Source: Candidatus Latescibacterota bacterium
GTDB lineage: Bacteria > Latescibacterota > UBA2968
Assembly (NCBI GenBank): GCA_965207885.1
Contig: OZ242311.1
Coordinates: forward strand, 1-64,000
Reading direction: 5' to 3'
Length of the DNA: 64,000 nucleotides
Within the stretch, counting starts at the first letter, position 1; the number at the start of each line of letters is the position of its first letter. A program made the position numbers and the translations under genes. Shown here one piece after another: positions 10,569 through 19,836 of the stretch. The notes beneath the pieces are model-generated. The model was not told the DNA's origin. It ran no database searches and saw only the letters and a list, made by a program, of their open reading frames with translations.

Positions 10569-11006
10569 ATGACCACCAAAAAAATAAAATTCATCGCGGG
10601 ATTTGCCGTCATTGTCGCCAGCTTGCTCACCATGATCGTGTACAGCTCTGAAAAAATGTCGCTGTACTACCTCACCGTCTCCGAACTGGAAGCGCGCGAA
10701 ACCGAATTTGCCAACACCCGCTTCAAACTCGCCGGCAAAGTCATCCCCGGCTCCATCATCTCCCGAGACGGCAATCGCACCGTCGAATTTGAAATTTCTG
10801 ACCTCATCGACCAGGACCCATCTGCCAGCAAACGCACCATCCGCTACAGCGGCGTCGTACCCGACACCTTCCGAGAAGAAGCCGACGTCGTACTCGAAGG
10901 CAAAATCGGACCCAATGGCATCTTCATAGCCGACGACATGCTCGCCAAATGCCCCTCCAAATACGAAAGCCAGAGCTACGAAGAAATCAAAGCGTCGTAT
11001 GAATAG
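10569..11006 (+). CDS. ccmE: Cytochrome c maturation heme chaperone CcmE (CxxxY variant)
   Basis: N-terminal TM; 'YYLTVSE', 'YSGVVPDTFRE', 'LAKCPSKY'. Confidence 0.92.
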   Translation: MTTKKIKFIAGFAVIVASLLTMIVYSSEKMSLYYLTVSELEARETEFANTRFKLAGKVIPGSIISRDGNRTVEFEISDLIDQDPSASKRTIRYSGVVPDTFREEADVVLEGKIGPNGIFIADDMLAKCPSKYESQSYEEIKASYE

Positions 11007-11074
11007 ACTAAGAGCGCTGGGAAGCTAAATCGCTTCCCAGACGACACCGACAAAACACATAGGATTGAGGATCC

Positions 11075-11557
11075 TTGAAATCTTCGATCTACATTGAATC
11101 ATCTGTAATCAGCTATTTAGCATCGCGACCCAGCCGAGACGTAATCGTGGCGGCTCGACAAGCGATCTCACACGATTGGTGGCGCAACCACAGACACCGG
11201 TTTAATCTTCGTATTTCTACACTGGTTGAAGAAGAGATTGGCCGTGGGGACGACGATGCGGCCAAACGCCGTCTGAGTTGGGTAGCCGAGATTGCGAGCT
11301 TGGGAATATCTGACGAGGCAACCGAACTGGCAAGACAGTTGCTGGATGAAGGCGCTATTCCTGGCGGGAGTGCGGACGATGCGTTGCACATCGCCATTGC
11401 TGCTGCTCAGGGCGCGGATTTCCTCCTGACCTGGAATTTTCGCCATATTAACAATGCCGAGACGAAATCGGCTATTGCAAGGGTTGTAGAATCGCGAGGA
11501 TTTGTATGTCCACAAATCTGTTCACCCGAAGAACTCGGAGGAACTTCTGATGATTAA
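11075..11557 (+). CDS. PIN-domain (VapC-like) toxin
   Basis: 'IYIESSVISYL', 'DALHIAIA', 'LLTWNFRHINNA', 'ICSPEEL'. Confidence 0.88.
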   Translation: MKSSIYIESSVISYLASRPSRDVIVAARQAISHDWWRNHRHRFNLRISTLVEEEIGRGDDDAAKRRLSWVAEIASLGISDEATELARQLLDEGAIPGGSADDALHIAIAAAQGADFLLTWNFRHINNAETKSAIARVVESRGFVCPQICSPEELGGTSDD

Positions 11558-11723
11558 AGATCCTATTGTTGAGGAAATTCGTCAGCATCGTAGAGCACAT
11601 GCCGCTGAACATGGGAATGACCTTGGACGCATTGTTCAAGCACTCCGCAAGCGCGAACGGGATTCTGACCGTCCAGTGCTAAATCCGGGACCCAAGAAAC
11701 TGTTGGACCCAATCGAGCGGTAG
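11550..11723 (+). CDS. Small cognate antitoxin-like protein
   Basis: Overlaps the PIN stop; 'DPIVEEIRQHRRAHA' is typical of partners of this PIN subfamily. Confidence 0.7.
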   Translation: MIKDPIVEEIRQHRRAHAAEHGNDLGRIVQALRKRERDSDRPVLNPGPKKLLDPIER

Positions 11724-11745
11724 CAACATTGAGGAGTGTTTTGAG

Positions 11746-12256
11746 ATGGTAACACCAGACTACTGGGGCGACCTCCAACTTACTACTGAGCAGATGACAC
11801 CTGTCCAGATACTACAGGAGCAGGCAAGTGCTCTAAATGAAAGAACCGCGCCACGGATCAGAGCATCGGTTGCTACAAAGGGACTGGGAAGAAACACTCA
11901 ACCTCCGCTACAACAATGATGAAAGTGGGCTGGAACAAAAACTCCGCTCTACAAGCAATGCGCTGGAACAAAAACTCTGCTCAACCCTTGCCATCACAGT
12001 TCCGTCTCTGGAAGACTATCATCTGGATATAGTTACGGTGATTTATCCTTATCCACTGAGAGACTACTATCCACTTGTCCTGTCTGATGATCTTGGCGAC
12101 AAAGATGATGAACTATCCGAATGCAATAGCGGACAGGAATTTCGCGATCAGTTGCAAAAAATGTTGAGTTCAAAGCGAACAACAGACACGTTGAAGAATT
12201 TGCTGTCATTGATCGAAGAGAAAATCCTGTCCGATGATGGCGGTCTGCCATTTTAG
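11746..12256 (+). pseudogene. Frameshifted hypothetical protein
   Basis: GAGGAG RBS and ATG 11746 give MVTPDYWGDL...TPVQILQEQASALNERT, which stops near 11919. The rest (ITVPSLEDY...YPL) lies in another frame, across three imperfect CTGGAACAAAAACTC repeats. Confidence 0.55.
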
Positions 12257-12329
12257 TTGAGATACACACGAAGAGGTTGCTGTCATTTCCACCTCGCACC
12301 ATTGGTTAAATCATTCAGTGAGGTAGAGA

Positions 12330-12482
12330 ATGCCTTTTACGGCTGTAATAGAATATTGTAAGAATACTGGATTATATGTAGGTTATGTACCTGATTTTCC
12401 CGGTGCACATTCTCAGGGTAAGACACTGGATGAACTGAATAGAAACCTGAAAGAAGTGTTAGAAATGCTACTCGAGGACTGA
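12330..12482 (+). CDS. Short HicB-family antitoxin (orphan; not in ORF track)
   Basis: MPFTAVIEYCKNTGLYVGYVPDFPGAHSQGKTLDELNRNLKEVLEMLLED; GAGG RBS. Confidence 0.8.
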   Translation: MPFTAVIEYCKNTGLYVGYVPDFPGAHSQGKTLDELNRNLKEVLEMLLED

Positions 12483-12523
12483 TTCTCTAACAAAAGACCC
12501 AAACACATCATCCGAGGTGCCTC

Positions 12524-12769
12524 ATGACGAACCCCGAAAAATGTCTCAAATGTGAATCTACTCAGGTAATAAACGATGTCCAGGTTATAGATCTAGAAAG
12601 CCATGCGGAGAGTCTGGCAGTTCGAGTGCAAACGAAACCTCACGCCCGGCTTTTCAAAGGTGGGGTTCGCGTGCGATTAAAGGCACAGGTATGCGGAGCA
12701 TGCGGCTATACTGAACTGTATGCAAAGGACCCAGCACGCCTGCTGAAAGCACATGAACAGAGTTCATAG
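12524..12769 (+). CDS. Small zinc-ribbon protein
   Basis: CLKC...CGACGYTELY; GAGG RBS. Confidence 0.75.
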   Translation: MTNPEKCLKCESTQVINDVQVIDLESHAESLAVRVQTKPHARLFKGGVRVRLKAQVCGACGYTELYAKDPARLLKAHEQSS

Positions 12770-12793
12770 CGTATAGACACGAGACCCGAACAC

Positions 12794-14779
12794 ATGCTCC
12801 CACAACTCGGCAACTTTCTTCTTTACATCGCCCTATTCACCTCGGCTTATGCGGTAATCGCCGCAATATTAGCAGCCAAAACCCGGCGAATGGGCCTTAT
12901 ACTGAGCACTGAACGTGCAGTCCTCACGGGTTTTGTACTCTGCCTCTCCGCCATGGCCATTCTCGAAGTGCTCTTCCTCACAGACCGCTTCGACATCTAC
13001 TACATCGCCACCCACTCCAGCCGCGACCTGCCCACCGGTTACAAATTCACGGCCGTCTGGTCCGGCATGCAGGGATCGCTCCTCCTCTGGGCATTGATCC
13101 TATCCGGATTCATATTCTTTGCCGTCATCAAAACCCGTGCCTTTCGCGGACCCCTCGCCTCTTATGCCACGGCCATCATGTCCTTCACGCTGACCTTCTT
13201 CCTCGCGCTCATCTGCATCCACGAAAATCCATTTGTCACCATGCCGCGCGCCCTGCCCGATGGAACGGGCATGAACCCCCTGCTCGTCCATCCCGTCATG
13301 GCCATCCACCCCCCCATGCTCTATCACGGCTACGTCGGCTTTACCGTACCCTTTGCCTTTGCAATGGCCGCCCTATTATCCAGACAAATCGACGAAGAAT
13401 GGATTCGCACCACCCGCCGCTGGACCCTCCTCGCCTGGTTCTTCCTGGGCACGGGCCAACTCCTCGGCGGCAAATGGGCCTACGTCGTCCTCGGCTGGGG
13501 CGGATACTGGGGCTGGGACCCGGTCGAAAACGCCGCCCTCTTGCCCTGGCTAACGGGCACGGCCTTCTTGCACTCCGTCATGATCCAGGAAAAAAAAGGC
13601 ATGCTCAAAATCTGGAACATGGTCCTCATCATCGCCACCTACACCCTGTGCATCTACGGCACCTTCCTCACCCGAAGCGGCGTCGTATCCTCTGTACACG
13701 CATTTGCCCAGTCCCCCATTGGACCCTGGTTTGGCGTACTCGTCGTCCTGATAGTCATCTTCTCAAGCCTCCTCCTCGTCTCGCGCCTGGACCTGCTCAA
13801 AACCAAAACACAATACGAATCCCCCATCTCCCGCGAAGGTGGATTTTTGCTCAACAACCTGCTCTTCCTCACCGCCACATTCGCCGTCTTTTGGGGCGTC
13901 ATGTTTCCCGTGATCTCCGAAGCCGTTACCGGTGACAAAATCACCGTAGGTCCCCCCTACTTCAACACCGTCATGGTCCCCATTGGCCTGCTCCTGCTCG
14001 TACTCACGGGCATAGGACCTCTGCTCGCCTGGCGACGCACCTCGGGCAAAAGCCTGAGAAAACACTTCACGGGATCGAGCATCATGGGACTGATCTGCGG
14101 CATCGTCGCCATCGCCCTCGGTGTACGCGACATCTACGCCATCATCTCCTTCCTCTTCTGCGGCTTTGTCACAGGCACAATCATCACCGAATTTCACCGC
14201 GGCGCGCGTGCACGCGGCAGCAGCTCTGGCGAATCCTATCTCCGCGCACTCATCAACCTCACCCGGCGAAATCGCCGTCGATACGGCGGTTATATCATCC
14301 ACTTTGGCGTGGTCCTGCTCTTCATCGGATTTACCGGCAATGCATTCAACAAAGATTCCCAGGTCGAACTCAAATACATGGAATCCACCGACATCGGACC
14401 CTACACCCTCACCTATGAAGGCATCACCGAATCCGCCAATCCACTCACCTGGGACATCGTCGCCCAACTCGGCGTCTATAAACACGGACAGCGACTGGGC
14501 ACCATGTGGCCCCACCAGAAAGTCTATCACAAACGACAGGATCAACAAACCACCACAGAAGTCGCCATCCGCTCCAACCTGCGAGAAGACCTCTACGCGC
14601 TCTATCAGGGCGTTGACATGCGAGACAACGAAGAAGTCGCCCTCTTCCACCTGTACATCAACCCCCTCGTCATGTGGGTCTGGATAGGCGCGTGGATAAT
14701 CACAATCGGCACCATCGTCGTCATGTGGCCCGACAAACGCGAAAAACAGGCATTGCAAATGCGGGAGGCGATGGCATGA
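12794..14779 (+). CDS. ccmF: Heme lyase CcmF
   Basis: 'IHPPMLY.GY', WWD motif 'WGGYWGWDPVENAALLPW', 'TRSG..SSVHAF'. Confidence 0.97.
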   Translation: MLPQLGNFLLYIALFTSAYAVIAAILAAKTRRMGLILSTERAVLTGFVLCLSAMAILEVLFLTDRFDIYYIATHSSRDLPTGYKFTAVWSGMQGSLLLWALILSGFIFFAVIKTRAFRGPLASYATAIMSFTLTFFLALICIHENPFVTMPRALPDGTGMNPLLVHPVMAIHPPMLYHGYVGFTVPFAFAMAALLSRQIDEEWIRTTRRWTLLAWFFLGTGQLLGGKWAYVVLGWGGYWGWDPVENAALLPWLTGTAFLHSVMIQEKKGMLKIWNMVLIIATYTLCIYGTFLTRSGVVSSVHAFAQSPIGPWFGVLVVLIVIFSSLLLVSRLDLLKTKTQYESPISREGGFLLNNLLFLTATFAVFWGVMFPVISEAVTGDKITVGPPYFNTVMVPIGLLLLVLTGIGPLLAWRRTSGKSLRKHFTGSSIMGLICGIVAIALGVRDIYAIISFLFCGFVTGTIITEFHRGARARGSSSGESYLRALINLTRRNRRRYGGYIIHFGVVLLFIGFTGNAFNKDSQVELKYMESTDIGPYTLTYEGITESANPLTWDIVAQLGVYKHGQRLGTMWPHQKVYHKRQDQQTTTEVAIRSNLREDLYALYQGVDMRDNEEVALFHLYINPLVMWVWIGAWIITIGTIVVMWPDKREKQALQMREAMA

Positions 14780-15234
14780 AGCCCGCACTCCTGATCCCAA
14801 TATTCTTTCTCCTCTTCGCAATACCCGTCCGCGCCGAAGTGACCCGGGAACAGATCAAAGAAGTCGGCAAAGAACTCGCCTGCCTGTGCGGCGACTGCCC
14901 GCGCAGACCACTGGACGAATGCATCTGCGGATATGCACAACAACAGCACGAACGGATCAAAAAAATGCTGGCCTCCGGTCAAACGCCGCAGGCCATTGTC
15001 GATGCTTATATCAGTGAATTTGGCCTGGAAATCCTCTCCAAACCGCCAGCCAAAGGCTTCAACCTCACGGCATGGCTCATGCCGCCCCTCGTTCTCCTCA
15101 TCGGATTCTTCGCCGTACGCAGCGTACTCCGCGCCTGGTCAAAAACAAAAAGTCCCGCCACACCAGCAGCACAACCCGCGCGCGACGACCCGTACCTCGA
15201 CCGCCTCGAAAGCGATCTCAAGGAGCGCGAGTGA
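14776..15234 (+). CDS. ccmH: CcmH/NrfF-like cytochrome c biogenesis protein
   Basis: ATGA overlap with ccmF; 'ELACLCGDC...ECICG', 'FGLEILSKPP.KGFNLTAWLMP'. Confidence 0.85.
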   Translation: MKPALLIPIFFLLFAIPVRAEVTREQIKEVGKELACLCGDCPRRPLDECICGYAQQQHERIKKMLASGQTPQAIVDAYISEFGLEILSKPPAKGFNLTAWLMPPLVLLIGFFAVRSVLRAWSKTKSPATPAAQPARDDPYLDRLESDLKERE

Positions 15235-15611
15235 TGACCATTGCCGCTTTTATCCTCATCGCAGCGGGCATCTTGCTCTTTGTATTCACACCACTGTTCG
15301 ACCCCCGCGACGCCAATACCATCAACCAGATCTCCCGCAGAGAAGCGCGACGCCGCGAACTGATCGAACAGCGCGACATGGTCTATGAAGCCATCCGCGA
15401 ACTCGACTTTGACCACCGCATGGGAAAAGTCGAAGAAGACGACTACCGGCAAACCCGCGCCCGTTATACAGCGCAGGCCGTAGAACTCATCAAATCCCTC
15501 GACAAAGCCTCCAGCCAGGCAGACCGTCCCGCGCCCAAACCGCAGGGAATCTCCGACCAGATAGAAAGTGAAATCGCCGCCATTCGCCGCACCAGAAAAA
15601 AACGCAGATGA
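15234..15611 (+). CDS. CcmI N-terminal-like membrane protein
   Basis: N-terminal TM; 'IRELDFDHRMGKVEEDDY'; coupled to ccmH. Confidence 0.7.
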   Translation: MTIAAFILIAAGILLFVFTPLFDPRDANTINQISRREARRRELIEQRDMVYEAIRELDFDHRMGKVEEDDYRQTRARYTAQAVELIKSLDKASSQADRPAPKPQGISDQIESEIAAIRRTRKKRR

Positions 15612-15672
15612 AAGCTGGAAAGATATCCGTTGGGACGTTAGTATATAATTCCTATATCTAAAGGATGTTTTT

Positions 15673-16347
15673 GTGGAACATATAAATGGGTATTCTAACT
15701 TGATAATAGCCGTTGCAACTGTTGTGCTTGTGATCATTACAGGGATATATGTATATCTGACAGGGCGTATGTTAAAAACCGCTGACAATCCTCAAATTGT
15801 GGTTTCGTTGTGTTCTAACGAAAACAATCTTGGTCTTGTAATGTTGTGTATTGAGAACATAGGTACGGGCATAGCGCGTAACATATCGTTTGAAACAAAT
15901 TGGTCGTTAAAATATGATGGCAAGAAATCACTTGGAGAATTTGGATTTCTTAAGAATGGAATTTCCCACTTGAGGCCTGGACAGAAATTTGAGTGTTTTT
16001 TTGTTAGTACATGGGTGGGATTAGATAACTTAAACCTGATGCCTTTTAAGATTGATGTTAGTTATAATGATTCAGCCAACAAAAATTATAAAGACGGCTT
16101 CAATTTAGATTTTAGTCAGTTTGAAGGATTATCTTGGGTGGGAGAACTACCGCTTGTTGAGATTGCAAGTACGTTAAAAGGAATCAAAGCAGACTTACAG
16201 GGGTTGATTACTGGTATGAAAAAACCCATAGTTCGTATAGAATCTTCTCCATTAAGAGGGCAACATACGGACTTAACAAAAGAGTATTGGGAATTGCAAG
16301 AAAAGTATAAGGAATTGCAAGTTAATACGTCCGGCAATTTAGCATAA
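15673..16347 (+). CDS. Low-GC hypothetical protein with N-terminal TM helix
   Basis: 224-aa ORF; AAGGA RBS; AT-rich and lacks the host strand skew. Confidence 0.7.
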   Translation: MEHINGYSNLIIAVATVVLVIITGIYVYLTGRMLKTADNPQIVVSLCSNENNLGLVMLCIENIGTGIARNISFETNWSLKYDGKKSLGEFGFLKNGISHLRPGQKFECFFVSTWVGLDNLNLMPFKIDVSYNDSANKNYKDGFNLDFSQFEGLSWVGELPLVEIASTLKGIKADLQGLITGMKKPIVRIESSPLRGQHTDLTKEYWELQEKYKELQVNTSGNLA

Positions 16348-16702
16348 GATAATAACGGTATAAAAAATTTGGGGACTATAATACAGGTTTCGGCACTATT
16401 GTATATAATTCGCTTTTTTATGCCTTCGGCGACCTACTTTTTTCAACAGAAAAAAAAAGTAGACAAAAAATGCCGCTCTCAAATGCCGAGGGGTTGGCAC
16501 AGCGCAAATCGTTTCCGTGGTAATACGACAGGCTGTGGCCTGCACAGTTGGAATGACATAATGATGTCCGCTGTGAGACGGACTCACACGCTGTGCTTAA
16601 TGGTTTTAGCGAACCAATAAGGCCAGCAAAGAAAATTATACTTCGAGTGCTCTGGAGGATATCATGATCCTAATCGTTGTAATCATTTAAGGAGATCGCT
16701 TT

Positions 16703-17752
16703 ATGCTTAGATGTGGTATTATTTGTTTCATTCTTTTTAATATTTCAAATGTATGGTGTTCTGAACAAAAAGGTCAGATGATCTTTAGTCTCCATGATTT
16801 GACGGCTATGCAGAGAAGTTCCAAAATTGCATCGTCTCAATCTGTGCAGGTGACAAATGATCTTGAGTTGCGAAATTTATATTTTAACTATAACGATGAT
16901 GGTTCGTTAGACTATTATACGGCAAGTATTTACAACAATAGTTATGCCGGGGCGTATAATTTCGAACTTTATGTCGAGTGGAAAGATAAAAATGGCTATC
17001 AGTTAGCATGGGAAGATCAAGGTATAGATTATGGCAGAGTTATTGGCAATCATGCTCAGATATATACAGACTTCTACAAAGATTCGGATTCAGCAGCTTT
17101 TAGAATAGATTATATTCCACCATTAGGTGAAGGTTATATATACGTGAATTCAATATGGGCAGATATGCCAGATAGTGCAAGTGTGGATCATTCTATTTTT
17201 TATTTAGATTGGTTGTGGACATTGAGAGCGAATACCTCTAATGCGAACATTGTAACAATCAATGCAAATTATACTGATGGCGATTTTTTAGATGAATTGA
17301 GTTTTACAGTGAGAAATAATTGGAATAAATTGCTGACAAATGTGGAATTGTATGCTGTTCTGTTTAATCAAGAAAAGCAAATTATTCACATTGAATCAAA
17401 TTCTCTTGGTTATAATATTGTTCCCAATTCTGATGTGAATGAAAGTTTTTCTGTTTATGCCGATATTCCTACTCCAGATTCGATAGCAACTCGCATACTT
17501 TATGATTTTGAAAATGGTGAAAGAATCGGGATGTCTGACGTGGACGGTTTCGATCCTGCATACATATTCCCGGACACTGTGTTTTCTCTCAATATGCCTG
17601 ATTCGACAAGACAGATTATCACTAATCTAAAAAGTCGTATTCGTGTTTTGAAGTTTGGAGATCTGAACGAAGATGGTACTGTTGATATGGCAGACTTTTT
17701 GTTGTTTACTGATCTATTTTCAGAAAATTTTGGTACAAGCTCCAGTGAGTGA
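16703..17752 (+). CDS. Low-GC secreted protein with C-terminal EF-hand/dockerin-like motif
   Basis: AAGGAG RBS; signal peptide; C-terminal 'GDLNEDGTVDMADFLLF...FG'. Confidence 0.75.
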   Translation: MLRCGIICFILFNISNVWCSEQKGQMIFSLHDLTAMQRSSKIASSQSVQVTNDLELRNLYFNYNDDGSLDYYTASIYNNSYAGAYNFELYVEWKDKNGYQLAWEDQGIDYGRVIGNHAQIYTDFYKDSDSAAFRIDYIPPLGEGYIYVNSIWADMPDSASVDHSIFYLDWLWTLRANTSNANIVTINANYTDGDFLDELSFTVRNNWNKLLTNVELYAVLFNQEKQIIHIESNSLGYNIVPNSDVNESFSVYADIPTPDSIATRILYDFENGERIGMSDVDGFDPAYIFPDTVFSLNMPDSTRQIITNLKSRIRVLKFGDLNEDGTVDMADFLLFTDLFSENFGTSSSE

Positions 17753-17756
17753 CTTA

Positions 17757-17874
17757 TGGAGTTCCCCTGTTTTAGTGGATAATGGCATAAATCACCCATC
17801 ACCTATGAAAAACTGATGGCACAGGCTGATTGGGGTGAACCTTCTACACTATCCACTCAAGCGGGGTAACTTCA
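17757..17874 (+). mobile_element. Internally deleted IS3-family remnant (MITE-like)
   Basis: TG...CA ends with 25-bp imperfect IRs (TGGAGTTCCCCTGTTTTAGTGGATA / TATCCACTCAAGCGGGGTAACTTCA). Interior reads 'HKSPITYE', like an IS3 OrfB C-terminus. Confidence 0.75.
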
Positions 17875-18006
17875 AATGAGAAAAGGCTACGCCTCGAAAG
17901 ACGTAGCCTTTGTTGTTTGCCAGAAGTTATGGATTAAGTAAACGCGGCGATGTGTGACTTCAAAAGTGAACAAGTCCGTAAATAAACTCATTGTGTTGCG
18001 TGTGTT
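17875..18006. repeat. Terminator-containing repeat R1 (long form)
   Basis: AAAGGCTACG-CCTCGAAAGA-CGTAGCCTTT hairpin; ~130 bp nearly identical to 22496-22624. Confidence 0.9.
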
Positions 18007-18240
18007 AGGGGATCGATCAATCTGTTGGGAATGCGATTTTCTTCAATATATTTTTCTATTTCTTCTCGGTGGTCGTTGTAATAGTTCAAGGCATCAAAAA
18101 CTTGTTTCAAAGACAAATGTGGAAGGTGGTTTGGAATATTTTCGGGGTGTGTGCCCAAACGCCAGACTTCAACAATCGCCCGAACAGGTGTGCGCGTATT
18201 TTTGATAATTGGCTCTCCGCCCAAAATCTGATTATCCGAA
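17988..18240 (-). pseudogene. DUF433 domain protein, 5' end replaced by the IS605 left end
   Basis: 'ILGGEPIIKNTRTPVRAIV...LSLKQVFDALNYYNDHREEI'; no native start codon. Confidence 0.8.
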
Positions 18241-18378
18241 AAGCCCGTAAAACCCAACAGCTTTAGCGTTGGGTCGCATGGCGAAGGGCTTGGAATTTGC
18301 GGGGTGGCTTTAGCCTGGAGATAGTCCTCAAGGGACTATCGGTGGCGGTGCATCAACAAGATTTATTCTATTTTCAAC

Positions 18379-18407
18379 TTGACACAAACAGCATATAAGT
18401 ATATATT
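18379..18407 (+). promoter_or_regulatory. Sigma70 promoter for leaderless tnpB
   Basis: TTGACA-17 nt-TATATT; ATG begins 7 nt after the -10 box; no RBS. Confidence 0.7.
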
Positions 18408-18413
18408 TTTATT

Positions 18414-19538
18414 ATGTTTAAGTCATACAAATACAGATTGCGTCCGACCAAAAAGCAAGAACAAATCTTGCTGACGCATATTGACGAATGTCGTATTCTC
18501 TATAATCAACTACTCTGTGCCAGAATACAAGCATGGAAAAATGAGAATCAGTCTCTCTCGCAATATGACCAGACTAAAACAATACCATTGCTAAAACAGC
18601 AACACTCCGCATTCAAGCAAGTGTATAGTCAGGTATTGCAACAAGTATCACAGAGAGTAGATTTGGCATTCAAAGGATTCTTTCGGCGTGTCAAAGAGAA
18701 AGCAAAGACAGGCGAGAAAGCGGGCTTTCCCAGATACAAGGGACAGAATCGCTATGATTCTATCACCTATCCTCAGTTTTCCAATGGATGTCGGTTGGAC
18801 AACAAGGGCTTGCGATTGGGTAGTATTGGTTGCATTCGCATTGTCTATCACAGGCCACTTGAGGGTATCCCTAAGTCTTGCACAATCACACGCACGGCGA
18901 CGGGCAAATGGTTTGTATCTATCTCTTGCGATATTGGCGAAAAAGAGAAGAAACCAACCGCTGGCTCTGCTATTGGCATTGACGTGGGGCTCAATTCCTT
19001 TGCTGTGACCAGTGACGGACAGAAAATAGAGAATCAGAGATTCTTTCGCAAAGAGGAAAAGGCTCTTGCCAAAGCACAGCGCAAATGGGACGCAGTGAAA
19101 AAAAGACCTAAGACGGACGCCGTAAGAGAAAAGCGTCGTAAGGTCATTTCCAGAGTGCATGAGCGTATCCGTAATAAACGACATAACTTTGCACACCAAG
19201 AATCAAGAAAAATGGTCAATCGTCACGGATTCATAGCCGTCGAGAAACTGGACGTTCAAGAGATGCAAAAGAACAAGCGATTGGCTAAATCAATAGCAGA
19301 CGTAGCGTGGTCCCTGTTTCGGCACTGTCTCAAATACAAAGCGGAAGAGGCTGGTATTGGATTCAAGGCCGTTGATCCTGACTATACGTCACAAGATTGC
19401 TCTGCATGCGGACATAGAGAGAAAAAGACACTCTCAGATCGTGTGCATCATTGCAAGGCGTGTGGCTATAAGACGGACAGAGACCACAATGCTGCGATAA
19501 ACATATTGACGTTGGGGCTACAACGTCAGGCGGATTGA
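18414..19538 (+). CDS. tnpB: RNA-guided endonuclease TnpB
   Basis: HTH 'YKYRLRPT'; RuvC D (GIDVG), E (AVEKL), D (DRDHNAAINI); Zn ribbon CSAC/CKAC. Confidence 0.95.
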   Translation: MFKSYKYRLRPTKKQEQILLTHIDECRILYNQLLCARIQAWKNENQSLSQYDQTKTIPLLKQQHSAFKQVYSQVLQQVSQRVDLAFKGFFRRVKEKAKTGEKAGFPRYKGQNRYDSITYPQFSNGCRLDNKGLRLGSIGCIRIVYHRPLEGIPKSCTITRTATGKWFVSISCDIGEKEKKPTAGSAIGIDVGLNSFAVTSDGQKIENQRFFRKEEKALAKAQRKWDAVKKRPKTDAVREKRRKVISRVHERIRNKRHNFAHQESRKMVNRHGFIAVEKLDVQEMQKNKRLAKSIADVAWSLFRHCLKYKAEEAGIGFKAVDPDYTSQDCSACGHREKKTLSDRVHHCKACGYKTDRDHNAAINILTLGLQRQAD

Positions 19539-19599
19539 CCGCCAAGAAGCCCAACTGCTCTATCGTTGGGAGTAGTCACACTGCGTGTGAACCGAGTTC
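19440..19599 (+). ncRNA. Predicted TnpB omegaRNA/reRNA (guide ACTGCGTGTGAACCGAGTTC)
   Basis: Inferred from TnpB biology: scaffold overlaps the tnpB 3' end and RE, guide is the flank after TCAC. 5' end unknown. Confidence 0.55.
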
Positions 19600-19836
19600 T
19601 TCGCGAATGACTTTGCGTAGTGTTTGTTCCAATGCGCCATTGTTAGCCTGGATGTGTTCTCTGAGCGCCTGGTTCACAAGCGTCTGATAATTTCCGCCCC
19701 CTGCTTCGTGAACCTGTCTCTTAAACCAATTCAGAATGTCTGTGTCAAGGCGAATGGTGATGCGCGTCTTGCCGGGTGGTGGCTGAACGATAGGGCCTTG
19801 TTGGGCGGTCTCAAAATGATATTCTTTTTTGCTCAT
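19576..19836 (-). CDS. BrnA family antitoxin
   Basis: 'KTRITIRLDTDILNWFK...GGNYQTLVNQALRE'. Confidence 0.9.
   Translation of the reverse strand: MSKKEYHFETAQQGPIVQPPPGKTRITIRLDTDILNWFKRQVHEAGGGNYQTLVNQALREHIQANNGALEQTLRKVIREELGSHAV

Larger units (their letters stand above)
18241..19579 (+). mobile_element. IS200/IS605-family tnpB-only (IS1341-like) element
   Basis: Related subterminal hairpins at LE (CCCAAC-agctttagc-GTTGGG) and RE (CCCAAC-tgctctatc-GTTGGG); RE ends GTAGTCAC; no tnpA; left boundary approximate. Confidence 0.8.

Noticed and set aside
16495-16596. Cloverleaf-like fold as a tRNA (e.g. tRNA-Sec) or c-di-GMP-I riboswitch
   Set aside because: No TTCGA T-loop, UCA anticodon or proper NCCA end; lacks the GNRA tetraloop/receptor of the riboswitch.
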